Assembly (NCBI GenBank): GCA_049965795.1
Contig: JBMFVW010000001.1
Coordinates: 53,917 to 117,916 of the forward strand
Origin: Candidatus Acidulodesulfobacterium sp.
GTDB lineage: Bacteria > SZUA-79 > Acidulodesulfobacterales > Acidulodesulfobacteraceae
Length of the DNA stretch: 64,000 nt
Direction: 5' to 3'
Of the stretch, positions 49,511 through 57,881 are shown in pieces. Numbering within the stretch: position 1 is the first letter of the stretch; each line of letters starts with the position of its first letter. Below the pieces are notes generated by a model, which was given only the letters and a program-made list of their open reading frames with translations, was not told the DNA's origin and ran no database searches. A program made the position numbers and the translations under genes.

Positions 49511-50480
49511 ATGTAATTTTTACCGCCCTCTCTTTATTATTTAAATCGTTAATAAAACAGATTTCCTTAAATCTTAAATTGATATTATTAAATTTTTCAT
49601 CAAATAAAGACTGAATTTCTTTTTTTTTGCGATAATCAATCTCTAAAATCAGCGTTTTAATTTTTTCGCAGGCAAACGATGCGGCGTCAAATATTTTTCT
49701 ATAAAATAAAAGTCCGTCTTTACCGCCGTCTAAAGCTCCTACCGGTTCGTATAATTTAATATCGTTTTCCAGAGACGTTAAATCTTCCGTAGTTATATAC
49801 GGCGGATTTGATATAATTAAATCGTAATTATTAAGATTATAAAAGTTAAAGTCTCCGGCGCTTGTATCACTTGTATGAAAAGATAAATTTTCGCCGCCGT
49901 TTAATTTAAGCATGTCTAAATAAACCGGAACTATTTTCTCCTGAACGCCGTTATTAATTATATTTTTTCTTGCAGTGTTTAAAGTCTTTAAGTTATTATC
50001 TGCAGCATAAATTATAACATTATCAAAATTCTTTGCAATAGAAATCGCAATTGCTCCTGAACCGGTACCAATATCTAAAACATAAATCTTTTTTTTATAT
50101 ATGCCGTAAAACCTTTGTATTTCCTCTATTGCGGTATCGACTAAACATTCGGTATCCGGTCTCGGTATCAAAACAGATTCGTCAACGTAAAAATTTAAAG
50201 AATAAAATTCTTTATTTTTAACTATATAAGCAAAAGGTTCCTTTTTAAACCTTCTTTCTATTAATTTTTCGAAAGTTTGTTTTTTTTCCTCAGAAATATT
50301 ATCTTCATATGAAACAATAATTTTTTCTAAATTTAAACCGAGGGCATATTGCATTAAACCGAGCGATTCATTGTATGAATTTTGTATTCCGGCTTTTTTC
50401 AGCCTGTATTCTCCGTATTTAATTAATTCGTAAATAGTCATCCTGTTCCCAAAATGCCGATTGGAAAAGGCGTTAGACAT
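49503..50480 (-). CDS. prmC: Release-factor glutamine N5-methyltransferase
   Basis: SAM-binding 'VLDIGTGSGAIAI' and catalytic 'SNPPYI'. Lies downstream of prfA. Confidence 0.9.
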   Translation of the reverse strand: MSNAFSNRHFGNRMTIYELIKYGEYRLKKAGIQNSYNESLGLMQYALGLNLEKIIVSYEDNISEEKKQTFEKLIERRFKKEPFAYIVKNKEFYSLNFYVDESVLIPRPDTECLVDTAIEEIQRFYGIYKKKIYVLDIGTGSGAIAISIAKNFDNVIIYAADNNLKTLNTARKNIINNGVQEKIVPVYLDMLKLNGGENLSFHTSDTSAGDFNFYNLNNYDLIISNPPYITTEDLTSLENDIKLYEPVGALDGGKDGLLFYRKIFDAASFACEKIKTLILEIDYRKKKEIQSLFDEKFNNINLRFKEICFINDLNNKERAVKITYG

Positions 50481-50482
50481 CT

Positions 50483-50597
50483 AATTTAATACGGGGACAG
50501 AATTGAATTATGTCCCCGTATTAAATTAATCTGACGAATTTTCCTTCATTATCTGTTTATTTTATCGAACTTTACAATTTTCTATCGGCAATTTTGG
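50483..50597. repeat. Dispersed intergenic repeat, composite copy B (17-bp perfect palindrome arms + ~70-bp module)
   Basis: AATTTAATACGGGGACA (50483..50499) pairs with TGTCCCCGTATTAAATT (50511..50527). 50529..50597 is collinear with 39308..39389 and ends TCTATCGGCAATTTTGG. Confidence 0.8.
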
Positions 50598-50608
50598 GCG
50601 GCGTAATT

Positions 50609-51685
50609 TTATTGCAGTTGTTTCTGCGATTCTATATAATCAGCCAAAGGCATTAAAAGTTCGTCCAATTCGCCGTCCATAAAAGAAGCCAGTTTATGTA
50701 TGGTTATACCCGCACGATGATCCGTTATTCTGCCTTGAGGAAAATTATAAGTTCTTATTTTTTCGCTTCTGTCGCCGCTTCCTACCATATTTTTTCTGTT
50801 TTGAGCCTCTATGCTTTTTTTATCGGCTTCTATTCTGTTTAAGAGGCGCGACCTTAATATTCTAAGGGCTTTAGCTTTATTTTTATGCTGAGATTTTTCA
50901 TCCTGGCAGGTAACGACTAATCCGGACGGAATATGCGTTACCCTCACTGCAGAATCGGTCGTGTTGACGCTCTGTCCGCCGTGCCCGGAAGACCTGTAAA
51001 CGTCTATTCTTAAATCTTCGGGATTTATTTTTAAATCTATTTCTTCGGCTTCCGGCATAACAGCAACCGTAGCCGCAGAAGTATGAACTCTTCCCTGCGT
51101 TTCCGTCGCCGGAATTCTCTGAACTCTGTGTACCCCGCTTTCATTGCGCAAAAGACGGAATGCATCTTTTCCTTTTACGGAAACTATCGCTTCTTTTAAT
51201 CCTCCAGTAGAAGAAGGACTTAAAGAAATAGCTTCGAATTGAAAATTTTTTGCTAAGGCATACTTATTGTACATCTTAAAAAGATCGAGAGCGAAAAGAG
51301 CGGCTTCTTCGCCTCCGGTAGCGGCTCTTATCTCAAGAAGTATATCTCTGTCCTGGGAATTTTCTTTTGGATAAAAGAAATCTTTAATTTCTTCTGCTAT
51401 TTTATCAACTTTGCTTTTTAGGGAATTTATTTCTTCATTTTCTAAATCAATAAGGGCGGTATCGGACTCGTTTTTAATCAGATTTTCAAGGTCTTTTATT
51501 TCCGATTGTGTTTTATTATATTCCGAAAATTGTTCCGCAGTTTTTTTTATAGCATTATATTGCTTAGATAATTCTTTTATTTCCGGGCTGAAACCTTTTG
51601 CGCTTTCTTCCTGTATTTTAGAATATAATTCTTCGGCTTTTTCGGATAATTCCGAGGCTTTTTTTATTAAGTTATCGTCAAGCAT
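50609..51685 (-). CDS. prfA: Peptide chain release factor 1
   Basis: 'PAT' tripeptide context 'RIPATETQGRVHTS' and 'SGHGGQSVNTTDSAVR' (GGQ). The start is moved to Met8 (MLDDNLIKK). Confidence 0.96.
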   Translation of the reverse strand: MLDDNLIKKASELSEKAEELYSKIQEESAKGFSPEIKELSKQYNAIKKTAEQFSEYNKTQSEIKDLENLIKNESDTALIDLENEEINSLKSKVDKIAEEIKDFFYPKENSQDRDILLEIRAATGGEEAALFALDLFKMYNKYALAKNFQFEAISLSPSSTGGLKEAIVSVKGKDAFRLLRNESGVHRVQRIPATETQGRVHTSAATVAVMPEAEEIDLKINPEDLRIDVYRSSGHGGQSVNTTDSAVRVTHIPSGLVVTCQDEKSQHKNKAKALRILRSRLLNRIEADKKSIEAQNRKNMVGSGDRSEKIRTYNFPQGRITDHRAGITIHKLASFMDGELDELLMPLADYIESQKQLQ

Positions 51686-51893
51686 TAAACACATCCTTAA
51701 AAGCAATTAAGTGCATATACATATGGCAATAGTACAATTAAGTCTGCAACGGAATTATGCGCATCCAAAGCAATGCGCAGATTAACCTGCCTCTTTATAG
51801 GCGTCGCATGCACCGTCATCGCAAGTATCCGCGGACTGAGTCCATTACAGCTCGCCAATCTCGCTTTGAAACATATAATAAATAGAATAAAGG

Positions 51894-52604
51894 TTAAAAG
51901 TCAAGACCGCCTTTTAACCATGATTTCCTGACGTCGGAAGGACTGCCGCACGAAAATTCCCCTTCGGAGCAATTTCCTCGGACGCACGACGGACCGGCTC
52001 CGTGAAAAACGGACGGAGCTATAGGATAGACCAATTTGAACATTTCGCGGGCTACCGACCTTATCTCCCACTGAGCTCTGTTGCATCCTCTCAGTTTAAA
52101 AAAATGAAGCAGTTCCCTTGCGTTCATAGTAAAAATAATCTGCGTTTCCGTCGCATTTGGAAGCAGATATCTGGCATCTTCCGCAGGAATGCCTTTCTCG
52201 AGAAAATAGCCGTACAGCGAAAAAATATCTTCTGTTATTTTTTTATATTTTTCCAAAAATTCGGGATTGCAGGCTATCGAATCCGGAATAAGATATTTAG
52301 GCTTATCTTCCTTAACATACCGCTGGCTTCTTTGAGAATACGAAGCTATTCTATGCCTTACTAATTGATGGGAAGCGCTTCTCGACAATTTTTCAACGCC
52401 GAAAGTAAAATTAGAATGTTCAAGGACTGATTCGTGTCCGGACATTCTAATTCTTTTAATTAATTTCCTCGCCTGTTCAAGCCCTTTCTCGCCGTCGTTA
52501 AAATCGGACTCTATCTTGGCAATGCCGAATGAACTGTAGCACAGACGCGCTGCTGTCGCAATAGTAATTTCCGGCTTAGAAGTATAATTAATAAGCTTAA
52601 CCAT
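51894..52604 (-). CDS. thyX: FAD-dependent thymidylate synthase
   Basis: ThyX signature 'RHRIASYSQRSQRY' (RHRxxSxxxxSxR). Confidence 0.92.
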   Translation of the reverse strand: MVKLINYTSKPEITIATAARLCYSSFGIAKIESDFNDGEKGLEQARKLIKRIRMSGHESVLEHSNFTFGVEKLSRSASHQLVRHRIASYSQRSQRYVKEDKPKYLIPDSIACNPEFLEKYKKITEDIFSLYGYFLEKGIPAEDARYLLPNATETQIIFTMNARELLHFFKLRGCNRAQWEIRSVAREMFKLVYPIAPSVFHGAGPSCVRGNCSEGEFSCGSPSDVRKSWLKGGLDF

Positions 52605-52634
52605 TCATAAAAGGAAAAATAATAATTGATTTGT

Positions 52635-52856
52635 TTATTTTTTGGCGACGTTGTTTTTTACGCCGGCATATTTTTTGTTAAATTTATCTATTCTTCCGGC
52701 ACTATCGACAAATTTTTGCTTACCCGTGTAAAATGGATGGCATTTTGAACATATATCGACGTGAATTTCCTCTACGGTGCTTCCCGTAACGAATTCTTCT
52801 CCGCAGGCGCACTTAACTTTAGCCTGATAAATTTTTGGGTGTATTCCCTCTTTCAT
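52635..52856 (-). CDS. rpmE: 50S ribosomal protein L31 (zinc-binding type)
   Basis: 'MKEGIHPK', CxC...CxxC as 'CACGEEF' and '[13 protein letters not shown]'. Confidence 0.93.
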   Translation of the reverse strand: MKEGIHPKIYQAKVKCACGEEFVTGSTVEEIHVDICSKCHPFYTGKQKFVDSAGRIDKFNKKYAGVKNNVAKK

Positions 52857-52892
52857 CTTTTTACCGCTCCTTTTTTATTTTTGTATTTTTTT

Positions 52893-52956
52893 ACCTTAAT
52901 CCTGCAATAGAAAGTTATCTATCAGGAAAAAATGCTTTCTATTGCAAGATTAAGGT
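52893..52956 (-). promoter_or_regulatory. 22-nt inverted repeat (1 mismatch, 20-nt spacer) in the rpmE 5' region
   Basis: ACCTTAATCCTGCAATAGAAAG (52893..52914) pairs with CTTTCTATTGCAAGATTAAGGT (52935..52956). It lies ~36 nt upstream of the rpmE start and downstream of the kdsB stop. Confidence 0.45.
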
Positions 52957-52974
52957 TTTATATTTTTACATAAG

Positions 52975-53748
52975 TTATTTATTATAAGATTTTAAAATAA
53001 AATTTTCAACCTTTTTAATATCGTCTTTAACATCCACGGGTATAGTAGAAATATCTACGGTTTCAAGTTTTATCTTATAACCGTTTTCTATCGCCCTCAA
53101 CTGTTCCAGCATCTCTTTTTTTTCTAAATAAGACTGCTCCATTTTGCCGAATTCAAAAAGAAATTTTTTTGTGTATCCGTAAAAACCGAGATGTTTATAT
53201 CCGTAAATCCCTTTAATATCTTTAAGTATATCTGCCTGTTCCCTGTCGTAGGGTATAGGGCTTCTCGAAAAATATATTCCGAAATCTTTTTTATCCGTAA
53301 CGACTTTTACGTTATTAGGATCCATAAATTCGTCAAAGTCGTAAATAGGCGTTTTAACGCTCGTAAATGAAATTTCGCCGTTTTCGTCAATTTCGTTAAA
53401 AGGTTTTATCAATGCCGATATTATTTCCGAATTTACTAACGGTTCGTCTCCTTGTATATTCAATATTATATCGGCGTCTATATCCTGAACTGCTTCGATT
53501 ATCCTATCCGTTCCTGTTTGATGCGTATCTTTAGTCATGACCACGTTTGCCCCGAAATCTTTGCAAGCGTCGAATATTCTTTTATCTTCCGTAGCTACGA
53601 TGACGTCCGACAATAATTCGGACTTTTTAACTCCTTCGTAAACATGCTTTATCATCGGTTTGCCCAGAATCAAAGCAAGCGGCTTTCCTTCAAACCTTGT
53701 CGATTTATATCTTGCGGGTATAACCGCGACTATTTTTTTCATATTCAT
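52975..53748 (-). CDS. kdsB: 3-deoxy-manno-octulosonate cytidylyltransferase (CMP-Kdo synthetase)
   Basis: 'AVIPARYKSTRFEGKPL', 'NIQGDEPL' and 'LEQLRAIENG' motifs. Confidence 0.92.
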   Translation of the reverse strand: MNMKKIVAVIPARYKSTRFEGKPLALILGKPMIKHVYEGVKKSELLSDVIVATEDKRIFDACKDFGANVVMTKDTHQTGTDRIIEAVQDIDADIILNIQGDEPLVNSEIISALIKPFNEIDENGEISFTSVKTPIYDFDEFMDPNNVKVVTDKKDFGIYFSRSPIPYDREQADILKDIKGIYGYKHLGFYGYTKKFLFEFGKMEQSYLEKKEMLEQLRAIENGYKIKLETVDISTIPVDVKDDIKKVENFILKSYNK

Positions 53749-53782
53749 ATTTTATTACATTTAATCGTAAAATAAAATAAAT

Positions 53783-54562
53783 TTATTCCGACCTTGTTAT
53801 ATAAACGTCGTAACCGTATTTTGCTATAGTTTTCGCAAAATTGTAAGCATCCTGCAGGTTTTTAAAACTGCCGAATACTACTTTATAATAAAGAGATCCG
53901 TTTATATTTTTTTCTATAAGATGAACGCCTGGGACAAATTTTTTCATTTTCGATATTTTGTTTAGCGCTTTATTTTTTCTCGTATAAGCGGCAAACTGCA
54001 GCGTATAGCCGCAAACCGGAGGCGCATGTTTTACAGCCGGTACAGCCGGCACTATTCCGCTTGCGTTATAATATCTTTTACATTGAGCTAAAGAAACCGG
54101 ATTTGGACCTAAGTACTGTACTCTTACCAATGCCGTCCCCGGTCCTACCATATTTAAAGCTCTTGCCGCCGCATACGAAAGATCCATAATCCTGCCGTCG
54201 GCATAAGGTCCTCTATCGTTAACCAAAACCTCCACGCTCCTATGATTTTCAAGATCCGTTACATAGGCATAACTGTTTAAGGGAAGGGTTAGAGAAGCTG
54301 CCGTTAAATCGTACATGTTATAAATTTGACCGCTTGCGGTGGGTCTGCCCTGAAATCCGGGACCATACCATGAAGCTACGCCTATTTCTACGTCGTTAGA
54401 TATGCGTTTAGGAGGGTAATATCCTGGAGGAGGAGCATATCCTTGGCTGCTTTGTCCTGAATAATTTCCTCCTATTATATAAGGAACGCAGCCCGAAAGA
54501 AAAATTGCCGGCATCAAAACAAAAAATAAAATTAATATTAAGGTTATTTTTTTATTTGACAT
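53783..54562 (-). CDS. rlpA: RlpA-family lipoprotein (DPBB domain + C-terminal SPOR domain)
   Basis: Lipobox 'FLSGC'. 'GVASWYGPGFQGRPTASGQIYN', 'VEVLVNDRGPY' and a SPOR-like 'YTLQFAAYTRKNKA..'. Confidence 0.88.
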   Translation of the reverse strand: MSNKKITLILILFFVLMPAIFLSGCVPYIIGGNYSGQSSQGYAPPPGYYPPKRISNDVEIGVASWYGPGFQGRPTASGQIYNMYDLTAASLTLPLNSYAYVTDLENHRSVEVLVNDRGPYADGRIMDLSYAAARALNMVGPGTALVRVQYLGPNPVSLAQCKRYYNASGIVPAVPAVKHAPPVCGYTLQFAAYTRKNKALNKISKMKKFVPGVHLIEKNINGSLYYKVVFGSFKNLQDAYNFAKTIAKYGYDVYITRSE

Positions 54563-54692
54563 ATTTTATATTTATGCTATATAATAAAACTATATCTTTA
54601 AATAAGTTAAAATTTAGCCGTTTAAAATATTATCGTATCTTTTTCACAATTATATAATTAAATAGACTGTTAAACAAGTCTATAATATTAAT

Positions 54693-54803
54693 GTTCTTAT
54701 CGAGAGCGGTAGAGGGACGGGCCCTTTGAAACCGCAGCAACCGTTTAGTTTCTAATAAAATCGGTGCTAATTCCCGCAGGTTCATTCCTGGAAGATAAGA
54801 AGA
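54693..54803 (+). promoter_or_regulatory. SAM-I (S-box) riboswitch aptamer
   Basis: 'GTTCTTATCGAGAGCGGTAGAGGGACGGGCCCTTTGAAACCGCAGCAACC...GGTGCTAATTCCCGCAG...GGAAGATAAGAAG' matches the S-box consensus blocks (P1 TTCTTATC/GATAAGAA, kink-turn GA, GGTGCTAATTCC). Confidence 0.92.
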
Positions 54804-54812
54804 AACGAGTTT

Positions 54813-54857
54813 AAAAACCTCTTCTTCCTAATTTTCGGGAAGAAGAGGTTTTTTTAT
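54813..54857 (+). terminator. Riboswitch expression-platform terminator
   Basis: ACCTCTTCTTCC-loop-GGAAGAAGAGGT followed by T7. The 3' arm is a near-copy of the aptamer P1 3' strand (GGAAGATAAGAAG), which would allow an antiterminator alternative. Confidence 0.85.
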
Positions 54858-54886
54858 TTATTAATAAATTAAAACAAGGAGACAAA

Positions 54887-56134
54887 ATGTTCGTAAAAGG
54901 TTTAAAATGCAGGGAATGCGGCAAAGAATATCCTGACAGTCCGCTTTATGTTTGCGATTATTGTTTCGGTCCGCTTGAAGTGGATTACGATTACGATAAA
55001 ATCAAAAAAGAAATAACGAAGGAAAAAATAAAATCGCGCGATGCAAATATGTGGCGTTATCAAGAACTTCTCCCTATCAAAGGAGAAATAAAAATAGGCA
55101 AAAACGTCGGATATACGCCTCTTGTAAAAGCGGATAATCTTGCAAAAGCTCTCGGCGTTAAAGAAATATACGTTAAAAACGATGCCGTAAACTTTCCTAC
55201 CCTATCTTTTAAAGACAGAGTCGTTTCGGTAGCCATTGCAAAGGCGAGAGAATTCGGTTTTAAAACCGTCGCGTGCGCATCGACCGGCAACCTTGCAAAT
55301 TCCGTTGCCGCATTGGCAGCTTCCTCAAGCTACGAAAGTTTTGTATTTATACCGTCGAATCTTGAAACGGGGAAAGTATTGGGAACTCTTATATACGACA
55401 CCAATCTCGTTAAAATTAACGGCAGTTACGATAAAGTCAACAGGCTCTGCACCGAAATCGCCGGCAAACACAGCTGGGCATTCGTAAATATCAACTTAAG
55501 ACCTTATTATGCCGAAGGCTCAAAATCTCTTACTTTCGAAATGCTCGAACAGTTAGGATTCAAAGCTCCGGATAACGTCGTAGTTCCAATGGCAGGCGGC
55601 TCTTTAATAACAAAAGTCGGCAAAGCCATTGACGAATTCGACTACTGCGGACTGCTTAACGAAAAACCGCATACGCGAATTTTCGGGGCGCAGGCAACCG
55701 GTTGCAACCCTATAACCTCAACCGTCAAAGAAAAAAGAGAATTTATAAAACCGGTAAGAACTCCGGATACTATTGCAAAATCGCTTGCAATCGGCAATCC
55801 TGCCGACGGCTACTATGCATCAGACCTGATGAATAAAACCGGCGGGTACGGCGAAGATGCAACAGACGAAGAAATAGTAGAAGGCATGAAGCTTCTTGCC
55901 GCAACCGAAGGCATATTTACCGAAACTGCGGGGGGCGTTACAGTTGCAGTAGCTAAAAAACTCATAGAAAAAGGCTATATAAACAAAAACGAAACGACGG
56001 TTCTTGCTATTACCGGAAACGGGCTTAAAACTCTAGAAGCCCTAAACGGAAAATTAAAAGAAGCTCCGGTTATCGAAGCCAACTTAGAAGAATTTGAAGG
56101 AGTTCTCTCTAAAATTAAAAGAAAAGGTAAATAA
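54887..56134 (+). CDS. Threonine-synthase-family PLP enzyme with N-terminal zinc ribbon; predicted sulfur-carrier-dependent homocysteine synthase rather than ThrC
   Basis: 'CRECGKEY..CDYCFGPLE' ribbon. PLP lysine 'PTLSFKDR' and 'ASTGNLANS'. First gene behind a SAM riboswitch and followed by sulfur-carrier genes. Confidence 0.8.
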   Translation: MFVKGLKCRECGKEYPDSPLYVCDYCFGPLEVDYDYDKIKKEITKEKIKSRDANMWRYQELLPIKGEIKIGKNVGYTPLVKADNLAKALGVKEIYVKNDAVNFPTLSFKDRVVSVAIAKAREFGFKTVACASTGNLANSVAALAASSSYESFVFIPSNLETGKVLGTLIYDTNLVKINGSYDKVNRLCTEIAGKHSWAFVNINLRPYYAEGSKSLTFEMLEQLGFKAPDNVVVPMAGGSLITKVGKAIDEFDYCGLLNEKPHTRIFGAQATGCNPITSTVKEKREFIKPVRTPDTIAKSLAIGNPADGYYASDLMNKTGGYGEDATDEEIVEGMKLLAATEGIFTETAGGVTVAVAKKLIEKGYINKNETTVLAITGNGLKTLEALNGKLKEAPVIEANLEEFEGVLSKIKRKGK

Positions 56135-56182
56135 TTGATTATATTAAAATAATTTTAATTATAAAATAAAAGGAGGATAAAA

Positions 56183-56698
56183 ATGCCTATAAAAGTAAGA
56201 ATACCCACGCCGCTTAGAACTTTAACCGGTGGAAAAGCGGAAGTGGAATCTAACGGTTCAAATATTATCGAAATAATTAACGATTTAGAGAAAAATTTTT
56301 CGGGAATAAAAGAAAGAATATGCGAACAGAACGATCAGGTAAGAAGATTCGTGAACGTTTATCTTAACGACGAAGACATAAGATTTATAGACAATATAAA
56401 TTCAAAGGTCAAAGACGGCGATACTATTTCCATAATTCCGGCAATAGCAGGCGGCGCGCCCGAAAAAAAAAAGTTTTATCTTAACTATCCGCAGGAAGTA
56501 ATTAAAGAACCGCTAATTTATCTTGTCGGAAAAAACTACAACGTTATCACTAATATCAGAAGCGCAAGCATATCCAACGATATAGGGATAATAGCAATAG
56601 AACTCGAAGGCGAAACCAAAGATATAGAAAAAGCGGTTAAATTTTTGGAATCCAAAGGCGTAACGGTAGAACCTATCGTTCTCGACGTCGTAGAATGA
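56183..56698 (+). CDS. CysO/MoaD/ThiS-type sulfur-carrier domain with internal Gly-Gly, fused to a C-terminal NIL-like domain
   Basis: Residues 1-92, 'VRIPTPLRTLTGGKAEV...DLEKNFSGIKERI...RFVNVYLNDEDIRF...DGDTISIIPAIAGG', closely parallel mycobacterial CysO as I recall it. The ~78 aa after the GG resemble the NIL domain of MetN-type proteins. Confidence 0.75.
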   Translation: MPIKVRIPTPLRTLTGGKAEVESNGSNIIEIINDLEKNFSGIKERICEQNDQVRRFVNVYLNDEDIRFIDNINSKVKDGDTISIIPAIAGGAPEKKKFYLNYPQEVIKEPLIYLVGKNYNVITNIRSASISNDIGIIAIELEGETKDIEKAVKFLESKGVTVEPIVLDVVE

Positions 56699-56707
56699 TA
56701 AATTTGC

Positions 56708-56738
56708 GACAGGGACAGAATTAAATTCTGTCCCTGTC
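56708..56738. repeat. REP-like palindromic unit (perfect 15-bp arms), possible intra-operon attenuator/stabiliser
   Basis: GACAGGGACAGAATT-A-AATTCTGTCCCTGTC, 10 nt after the stop of the carrier gene. Followed only by TTT and then an A-run. Confidence 0.75.
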
Positions 56739-56762
56739 TTTAAAAAAGCGGAGGAAGGAAAA

Positions 56763-57566
56763 TTGAATTTTACCGAAGAACAGATTAAAAGATATGCAAG
56801 GCATATTATACTTCCGGAAGTCGGAGGAGAAGGACAGGAAAAACTTCTTTCGTCAAAAGTTCTTCTTATCGGCGCCGGAGGATTAGGCGCTCCCTGCGGA
56901 TATTACCTCGGGGCTGCCGGAATAGGCACTCTCGGCATAGTCGATTACGATACGGTTGATTTGTCTAACCTGCAAAGACAGATTTGGCACGGAAACGCCG
57001 ACGTAGGAAGATATAAGGTGGACTCTGCCAAAGACTCGATAGAACGCATTAACCCAGACGTAAAAGTTATTCCTTATAAAGAAGGCATAAATATAAACAA
57101 CATTAAAGATTTAATAAAAGAATACGACGTAATAATAGACGCGACCGATAATTTCCCGACGAGATATTTAATTAACGACGCCTGCCATTTTATGAAAAAA
57201 CCTCTTGTTTACGGTTCTATTTTCAGGTTTGACGGACAGGCAACAGTATTTTTGCCGGATGAAGGTCCATGCTACAGATGTCTTTTTCCAACCCCTCCGC
57301 CTGCAGGTCTCGTCCCCAGCTGTCAAGAAGCCGGAGTGCTCGGCGTTCTTCCCGGGGTTATAGGAGCTATTCAGGCAAACGAAGCTATAAAAATAATTCT
57401 GGGCATCGGACAGACTTTAAACGGAAGGCTTCTTATTTATGACGCTCTCGATATGAAATTTACCGAAATGAAACTCAGGCAGGATAAAACTTGCCCGCTT
57501 TGCGGCGAAAATCCGACGGTATTAGAATTGATTGAATACGGCGACCTTTGTGAATTTAAGAATTAA
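56763..57566 (+). CDS. MoeB/ThiF/MoeZ-type E1-like adenylyltransferase (no rhodanese domain)
   Basis: 'RYARHIILPEVGGEGQEKL', nucleotide loop 'LLIGAGGLGAP', 'NLQRQ', and zinc CxxC pairs 'CYRC' and 'CPLC'. TTG start. Confidence 0.9.
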   Translation: MNFTEEQIKRYARHIILPEVGGEGQEKLLSSKVLLIGAGGLGAPCGYYLGAAGIGTLGIVDYDTVDLSNLQRQIWHGNADVGRYKVDSAKDSIERINPDVKVIPYKEGININNIKDLIKEYDVIIDATDNFPTRYLINDACHFMKKPLVYGSIFRFDGQATVFLPDEGPCYRCLFPTPPPAGLVPSCQEAGVLGVLPGVIGAIQANEAIKIILGIGQTLNGRLLIYDALDMKFTEMKLRQDKTCPLCGENPTVLELIEYGDLCEFKN

Positions 57567-57625
57567 ACTTAACGACGGAGCAGCGGAAAAGGTGCCGGAT
57601 TTATTTATTAAACTTAACAACGGAG
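57562..57625 (+). repeat. 19-bp direct repeat (1 mismatch) flanking a 26-bp copy of the GGTGCCGGATTT repeat module
   Basis: ATTAAACTTAACGACGGAG (57562..57580) and ATTAAACTTAACAACGGAG (57607..57625). The insert CAGCGGAAAAGGTGCCGGATTTATTT matches 44947..44970. Confidence 0.7.
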
Positions 57626-57632
57626 TAAAAAG

Positions 57633-57881
57633 ATGTCCGAATATAAAGAAAACGAGGAACTAAATATAAAAGGCGAGATATGCCCGTTTACTTTCGTTAA
57701 ATCTAAACTTGTTTTAGAAAAAATGAAAAAGGGCGAAATTTTAAGAGTAATAGTAGATTACGAACCTGCAATAAGAAACGTACCCCGCTCTATGGAAGAA
57801 CAGGGCCATAAAGTATTATCCATAAATAAAATAAACGAAACCGATTACGAAATTATCGTTGAAAAAGATGGAAAAAAATAA
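57633..57881 (+). CDS. TusA/SirA-family sulfurtransferase
   Basis: 82 aa with the conserved 'GEICPFTF' Cys-Pro motif near the N-terminus. Confidence 0.85.
   Translation: MSEYKENEELNIKGEICPFTFVKSKLVLEKMKKGEILRVIVDYEPAIRNVPRSMEEQGHKVLSINKINETDYEIIVEKDGKK

Noticed and set aside
50609-51706. Programmed frameshift in the release-factor gene
   Set aside because: That mechanism belongs to prfB (RF2). This gene is RF1 (PAT motif) with a single uninterrupted frame. Only the annotated start was adjusted.
39261-57625. The dispersed hairpin repeats as a CRISPR array
   Set aside because: The copies are kilobases apart, each in a different intergenic region. They are not separated by uniform ~30-40 bp spacers and no cas genes are present.
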